From the IMG/VR virus record IMGVR_UViG_3300050343_000142: a DNA stretch of 64,000 nucleotides. One strand, 5' to 3'. The position numbers and the translations under genes were made by a program. The stretch is from an uncultured virus (IMG/VR IMGVR_UViG_3300050343_000142) (Duplodnaviria; Heunggongvirae; Uroviricota; Caudoviricetes). Shown here one piece after another: positions 59,666 to 64,000 of this stretch; position 1 is the first letter of the stretch, and every line of letters begins with the position of its first letter. The notes under the pieces were generated by a model. The model had not been told where the DNA came from. It searched no databases and saw nothing but the letters and a program-made list of their open reading frames with translations.

Positions 59666-59884
59666 TTAGCTCTTAAACTTAAAACCCATGGTATTTGATA
59701 GTGCAGGATAGCTTGATAATACTATCACTGAAATTCTACTAATTAAATCTCTACCCTCTAAATCTGAAGGAACTCTAAATGTATCTACTACTTGTTTATC
59801 TATAATCATGTCAACACGTATTTTTCCATTGTTTTCTGTGTCTGGATTTGTTTTAAATCTGATTCCGCCGAGAATATAGTTCAT
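59666..59884 (-). CDS. hypothetical protein
   Basis: ORF track; AAGG upstream. Confidence 0.6.
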   Translation of the reverse strand: MNYILGGIRFKTNPDTENNGKIRVDMIIDKQVVDTFRVPSDLEGRDLISRISVIVLSSYPALSNTMGFKFKS

Positions 59885-59946
59885 AGTTTCTTTACCTTAT
59901 CACACTGTTTTCATTTAACATGTTTTTAACATTTCTTACCACATTT

Positions 59947-59964
59947 TTAGAACAAATGTTCTAA
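59947..59964. promoter_or_regulatory. putative LexA (SOS) box
   Basis: TTAGAAC-AAAT-GTTCTAA, with the GAAC-N4-GTTC core, in a divergent intergenic gap. Confidence 0.55.
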
Positions 59965-59975
59965 TATTGAGAGCT

Positions 59976-60119
59976 ATGGATTACATAATTGGATTTTTAA
60001 TAGGATATACATTTAAAGAAATTGTTCTATTCCTTAATAGATTAAGTAAGTGGGATTACGATAATCGTTATCAATCTGAATATGACTTTCGTCCATTAAC
60101 AGAAGACGACTTACCTTAA
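59976..60119 (+). CDS. 47-aa putative single-TM micro-protein
   Basis: MDYIIGFLIGYTFKEIVLFLNRLSKW...; manual translation. Confidence 0.5.
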   Translation: MDYIIGFLIGYTFKEIVLFLNRLSKWDYDNRYQSEYDFRPLTEDDLP

Positions 60120-60440
60120 TAAATCTCCTAAAGAAACATCATCATCATTATCAACGATTGGTTTCATCTTACGTTCTTTACGAATAGCTCTACGTTCTCT
60201 TTCTGATTTTCCTCCCCAAATCCCAAAACGCTCTCCTCGTTCCAAAGCTTGTTCTAAGCAAGGCTCTATTACTGGACATTTATTACATATCTCTTTTGCC
60301 TTTTTAGTAGAACTGCCTCGTTCTGGAAACCATTCATCAGCATCAAGTTCGGGGTGAACAACTGTGTTACAAGCAGCGTCTGAATACCACTCTGGAATTC
60401 CTAAGACATCTGCTAATAGGCTTACCTTATCCATATACAC
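60111..60440 (-). CDS. whiB: WhiB-family Fe-S transcription regulator
   Basis: W...AAC, WFPERG, AK.IC..CPV...CL..AL, GIWGG.SERERR. Confidence 0.95.
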   Translation of the reverse strand: MYMDKVSLLADVLGIPEWYSDAACNTVVHPELDADEWFPERGSSTKKAKEICNKCPVIEPCLEQALERGERFGIWGGKSERERRAIRKERKMKPIVDNDDDVSLGDLLR

Positions 60441-60604
60441 ATAACCTTAAACAAATCTATTAAGTCTTAAAAGGTTTATTAAGAAAACTAAATGCGGATT
60501 GATATGATGTCTAATTTAGGGAAGGGGGAACAGGGGACACAAGGGACACAAGATGTGTGTATGTATGATATGACACGAAAACAAGAAAAATTTATACGGT
60601 ATGC

Positions 60605-61069
60605 TTAGTCCCCATAGGAAATCTGAAACTTTATAGGCTCTCCGCCCTCTGCTCCGATTTCAAGACTGGACCTTTTGCCCCACTTCTTTGGGAAACTTCG
60701 CTCTAGCCACCAAGCACTCGCTTGCCATACTCCATTATCACTAGCCCTACGTATATTACGTATGTGAGCACCCTCAGCTTCGGCTCTTGCTTTTTTTACT
60801 GCCTCCGAAAACTCTGAATACAGGTCAATCACTTCACCCTCGACAGCTGCATCAGCTGGGACTATCTCGACATCATCCTCAGTGTTTGGTGGGTTTAACA
60901 ACTTATTGTCTTCCTTTTCAATGAACTTTTCGCCTCTCTTCATCCATTCATAGTAGGTTGAGGGCGAAATACCAACCATAGTGGCAGCGTCTTCCTGATA
61001 ATAGCCGAGTTTAAGCCAGTTAGTAATGTCTTCTATCAATTGTGGGGTTAACTTAGTAGGTCTAGCCAT
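60605..61069 (-). CDS. terminase small subunit-like HTH protein
   Basis: MARPTKLT, AA.MVGIS.STYYEW, WQASAWWLER; start reassigned to MARP. Confidence 0.75.
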   Translation of the reverse strand: MARPTKLTPQLIEDITNWLKLGYYQEDAATMVGISPSTYYEWMKRGEKFIEKEDNKLLNPPNTEDDVEIVPADAAVEGEVIDLYSEFSEAVKKARAEAEGAHIRNIRRASDNGVWQASAWWLERSFPKKWGKRSSLEIGAEGGEPIKFQISYGD

Positions 61070-61261
61070 CTTGAAAACCATTATATCAGGTTTAAACACA
61101 GGATAGAGCCTTATATACCGATAAGTGTATAGATGGTCAAACTCGAAAACAAGAGATTTTTGTACGGGGTGCTAAGCGTTATAGTTGAGTTACACTAGCG
61201 ATAACTTGACCACCCCCCCTTATTTGATGGGGATGGTGAGATATACGAGAAAGGAGTACAC

Positions 61262-61306
61262 ATGAGCAAAGTAACAGTTACTTTGATATTTGTACCTATT
61301 ACTTAG
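61262..61306 (+). CDS. possible 14-aa leader peptide
   Basis: AAAGGAG-N5-ATG; MSKVTVTLIFVPIT. Confidence 0.3.
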   Translation: MSKVTVTLIFVPIT

Positions 61307-61312
61307 TAATAC

Positions 61313-61355
61313 ACCCGTGACGGTCTTTAATCAAGTTCGACTCTTGATACGGGTA
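61313..61355 (+). ncRNA. tRNA-like minihelix (acceptor stem plus T-arm, no anticodon arm)
   Basis: ACCCGTG/TACGGGT 7-bp stem; TCAAG-TTCGACT-CTTGA T-arm. Confidence 0.65.
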
Positions 61356-61725
61356 CGAGTCCTACACCGAGATACATGGTGACATGTATTGAGGTGAGAG
61401 GATTGTGTCATCCCAGACTTTATGAATCTGGAGAGGGAAAACGTCACATCCCAAACATGCAGTAATGCATTACTAAGTGAAGCGTCTAATTACAGACTGA
61501 CGCCCTGTCGTGGTGAGTGTGTTGAGCCACGGGTTAATAATCAACCACAGGCAGTGAGTACGACTCCTTTGTACTGCGACTGCTTAGGGCAGTTTTACCT
61601 AGCCAGTAGTGACAGTACTGGCGAAAACTCCACAGATAATCACTAGGTAGTCTGGGACGAGTGCTGTTAAGTCAGCTCAGTCTTTGGGACCTCCTACCCA
61701 GTAGCTAGTGACCTGTCGATGAACA
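61356..61725 (+). ncRNA. candidate large structured ncRNA
   Basis: GC-elevated region with many helices, GNRA loops and long-range pairings (61411-19/61649-57). Confidence 0.65.
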
Positions 61726-61815
61726 ATAGCTTGTTGTATAGCTTGTGCTACTTCTTGGTGGAGTAGCCGAAGGTATACACACGGTATGCCGTTTACTAAA
61801 AAAAGGAGGATATCA

Positions 61816-62064
61816 ATGGATATCTATTTACTAGCAGCAATCGTTGCAACACTTACTTATATGTTTATAGGTAGGGAGTTGCTTAACAATATATTTCCTA
61901 ACTGGAGATATTGGATTGGACTTGAGACTGTCGAAGAGTCTCTTGGCTTTGGTGAAAGAGAAGTTGGTTACATACCTATGGAAGACATAGGAGATTCTAC
62001 TTTAAAGAATCAATGTGACCATCATCCTGCCTTAGTACTATCTGATTGCTACGGCTGTTTCTAA
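61816..62064 (+). CDS. small membrane protein with C-terminal Cys/His cluster
   Basis: AGGAGG RBS, start at MDIYLL; ends CDHH..CYGCF. Confidence 0.7.
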   Translation: MDIYLLAAIVATLTYMFIGRELLNNIFPNWRYWIGLETVEESLGFGEREVGYIPMEDIGDSTLKNQCDHHPALVLSDCYGCF

Positions 62065-62148
62065 TACAGCACAACTGCTCATCAAGTTTGACTTGGTGGG
62101 CAGCATGGTGTGTTAGTCCAACATACCACTAAAAGAAAGGAGATGCAT

Positions 62149-62340
62149 ATGCAATGTATCAAAACGGTTCCGTCTTCTAAGACGAAGGAGGAACAGTGTA
62201 CATATCCACCTTATGTCCAGAGTCAAACGGATAAGAGGGAGGTCTTGTGTAGGTTCCATTTGATGGATAAAGTCGTAAGACATGCACATGAAAAGAAGCA
62301 AACAGTTGAACAGACTGTAGCTGATTTAAACATAAGCTAA
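62149..62340 (+). CDS. small C-C-C-H zinc-binding-like protein
   Basis: AAAGGAG RBS; MQC...QC...LCRFH. Confidence 0.65.
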   Translation: MQCIKTVPSSKTKEEQCTYPPYVQSQTDKREVLCRFHLMDKVVRHAHEKKQTVEQTVADLNIS

Positions 62341-62361
62341 AACTGAAAGAGAGGAAGCTAT

Positions 62362-62424
62362 ATGGATGCTAAAGATATAGTGCGTAATCCAAACGCATTA
62401 GAAGCTATGTACGATATTAGCTAA
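62362..62424 (+). CDS. 20-aa micro-protein
   Basis: GAGGA RBS; MDAKDIVRNPNALEAMYDIS; its stop is the TAA of the repeat. Confidence 0.45.
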   Translation: MDAKDIVRNPNALEAMYDIS

Positions 62425-62495
62425 TAGCTCGGAGCCTATTGAAAGGTAGGCTCTAAGGTATTAACACAAGGTTAATCCAATACTAAAGGAGAGAC

Positions 62496-62810
62496 ATGAA
62501 TCTAATCATGAGACTAATACATGCAGTACCACTGTATGTTTTCATGGTCATTGAAAACTATCGTTTCTATGGCGTGAATTATGTTACCAGTTTGACACAC
62601 TGGTGGCGTGTAGAGGTATATACAATTACGGACTACAAGAAGTATGTGTTGTGTGAGCACATCAAGGAGTTCAGTAGTTGGTATGGACCTAAGCGTAGAT
62701 ACAACCATACTAAACATTCTTTAAAGAAGTTAGAGAGTGTTCTGGATGAAGTTGAACAAGAAAATAGAAGGCAACAATTTCTTGAACTAGATACAAATTA
62801 TCCACGCTAA
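62496..62810 (+). CDS. hypothetical early protein
   Basis: AAAGGAG RBS; its stop is the TAA of the repeat. Confidence 0.7.
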   Translation: MNLIMRLIHAVPLYVFMVIENYRFYGVNYVTSLTHWWRVEVYTITDYKKYVLCEHIKEFSSWYGPKRRYNHTKHSLKKLESVLDEVEQENRRQQFLELDTNYPR

Positions 62811-62880
62811 TAGCTCGGAGTTCATTTATGAGGTGAACTCTAGGGTATTAACAATGATACCACTAAAAAAAGGAGACTAT

Positions 62881-63081
62881 ATGAAGAAGAGTCTATTCAA
62901 GAAAATCACTTATCTAATTGAGTGTTTTTATAGTTTAGCAAAAGGTAGATACACTGCTGACATTGAAGCATTGAATATTGCTATGGATGTTTATGGAAAG
63001 TATCTATTTGTGAACCTAGGTGAATTCGAGGGAGCACCTAAGTTAATGTTGTTCACAGCAAACTGTTGTCCCGACTGTTAA
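62881..63081 (+). CDS. hypothetical early protein ending CCPDC
   Basis: AGGAG RBS, start at MKKSLF. Confidence 0.7.
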   Translation: MKKSLFKKITYLIECFYSLAKGRYTADIEALNIAMDVYGKYLFVNLGEFEGAPKLMLFTANCCPDC

Positions 63082-63154
63082 TAACTCGGAGCTCATTGTA
63101 ATGATGGGCTCTAGGGTATTGACACAAGGTTAGTACTAAAAGAAGGAGGGCTAA

Positions 63155-63334
63155 ATGCCTAGAATAAAAGATACTGCCAAAGTTATATTGTCAGACGAGA
63201 CAAGGGACGAGATGGTATATACGTGGAATGCATTCAACTTGGATGTTACCAAAGAAAGAAAACGAGAGCTTATGGGTCTTGTTTGGATACCAGCTTATGT
63301 CAATTGTTTCTTTAAGGAAATGATAGATAGCTAA
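63155..63334 (+). CDS. 59-aa hypothetical early protein
   Basis: AGGAGG RBS; MPRIKDTAK...EMIDS; stop inside the repeat. Confidence 0.7.
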   Translation: MPRIKDTAKVILSDETRDEMVYTWNAFNLDVTKERKRELMGLVWIPAYVNCFFKEMIDS

Positions 63335-63406
63335 TAGCTCGGAGCTCATTCACGTGGGCTCTAGGGTGTTAGTAATTCGACTAACCCACTAAAAGAAGGA
63401 GACTAT

Positions 63407-63565
63407 ATGAAGAAGATATTTGTAATCGAGCAAATTGTCAAAGAACAATATAAGGTCGAAGCAAATAATGAGGAAGAAGCTACCTCTAAACTTCAAGATA
63501 TGACTGCTGAACCATTCTTACAGGAAGGTATCAGTTTGAGAATTCTTGAGACTAGAACTAAGTAA
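63407..63565 (+). CDS. 52-aa hypothetical protein (VEAxxEEEA motif)
   Basis: AGGAG RBS; MKKIFVIEQ..YKVEANNEEEA. Confidence 0.7.
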   Translation: MKKIFVIEQIVKEQYKVEANNEEEATSKLQDMTAEPFLQEGISLRILETRTK

Positions 63566-63580
63566 AAGAAAGGAGGCTTT

Positions 63581-63706
63581 ATGTTATGTAGTCATTGTGG
63601 TAAATCCATGAAGAATACAAAAGTAAAGTTTAGAAAGTTCATGAGGCAAGGTGTAGTAGGTATGGCTCCTACTTGCAATGATTGTTATATGTCATGGGCA
63701 ATATAG
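63581..63706 (+). CDS. 41-aa Cys4 zinc-finger micro-protein
   Basis: AGGAGG RBS; MLCSHC...TCNDC. Confidence 0.7.
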   Translation: MLCSHCGKSMKNTKVKFRKFMRQGVVGMAPTCNDCYMSWAI

Positions 63707-63775
63707 CTTAAACAGCTCGGACCTACTAGATATAGTGGGTCTAGGGTGTTTAACACCAACATTATAAATATTGAG

Positions 63776-63804
63776 TTGACGTAGCAGTATTAATAATGTA
63801 CAGT
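63776..63804 (+). promoter_or_regulatory. candidate sigma70/SigA-type promoter
   Basis: TTGACG-N17-TACAGT. Confidence 0.4.
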
Positions 63805-63862
63805 AAAAACTACAGATTGAGCGTCAACCTCAATCCGTATAACCAATAAAAAAGGAGATAAA

Positions 63863-64000
63863 TTGAAAGTAGAAAATCTATCGTTTAACGAGATGATTGT
63901 TCAATTTGTAGCTATGTTGGAGGAACTACCAAGTCAAATGCATGAGCAATCATGTAACTGGCTTACTGGTGGAGATGCCGACTTTGAGTACGATGACATG
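63863..64000 (+). CDS. hypothetical protein, truncated by the window edge
   Basis: AAAGGAG RBS, TTG start, open to the end. Confidence 0.6.
   Translation, partial: MKVENLSFNEMIVQFVAMLEELPSQMHEQSCNWLTGGDADFEYDDM

Larger units (their letters stand above)
61735..63757 (+). repeat. seven dispersed intergenic structured repeats
   Basis: Copies at about 61735, 62061, 62422, 62808, 63076, 63331 and 63708; consensus TAATAGCTCGGAG-Nx-CTCTAGGGTRTT. Confidence 0.88.

Noticed and set aside
60533..60551. GGGACACAA tandem duplication
   Set aside because: Only two short copies with no supporting context.
61313..61355. Canonical tRNA or tmRNA gene
   Set aside because: No D stem or anticodon arm; both acceptor strands lie within 42 nt, leaving no room for a tag ORF.
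61422..61646. 74-aa plus-strand ORF
   Set aside because: No RBS, unlike all neighbouring genes, and it lies wholly within dense predicted RNA structure.
61405..61660. RNase P RNA or self-splicing intron
   Set aside because: The GAGGAAAGUCC/P4 and group I/II core signatures were not found by eye, and no interrupted gene flanks it.
62422..63757. Repeat array as CRISPR
   Set aside because: The repeats vary internally with compensatory changes, the intervening sequences are 200-400-nt ORFs with RBSs, and no cas genes are present.

Overview
Low-GC tailed-phage (siphovirus-like, HK97 fold) genome segment. About 1-61,100 is an almost entirely minus-strand late region: terS-like, WhiB, GT60-like glycosyltransferase, SET, FmdB, HNH, terL, portal with a long extension, protease, major capsid, head-tail genes, tail tube, frameshifted tail chaperones, a 2183-aa tape measure, tail tip, several fibre proteins, a cluster of 2OG-Fe(II) oxygenases with FkbM, ferredoxin and a second GT60-like gene, a metallophosphoesterase, a lysis/membrane module and many micro-ORFs. 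WhiB, an actinobacterial-type ferredoxin, a GAAC-N4-GTTC box and the low GC suggest a low-GC aquatic actinobacterial host (inference). From about 61,260 transcription switches to the plus strand. This part has the most unusual features: a tRNA-like minihelix with no anticodon arm, a ~400-nt highly structured candidate ncRNA, and small genes separated by seven copies of a covarying two-state RNA hairpin that often contains the upstream stop codon and leads into the next RBS. Other highlights are a possible hydroxylation/glycosylation/methylation pathway, a mirror-symmetric His-tipped needle insert and a LamG domain split over two genes. All family calls come from motif recognition by eye; no searches were run.
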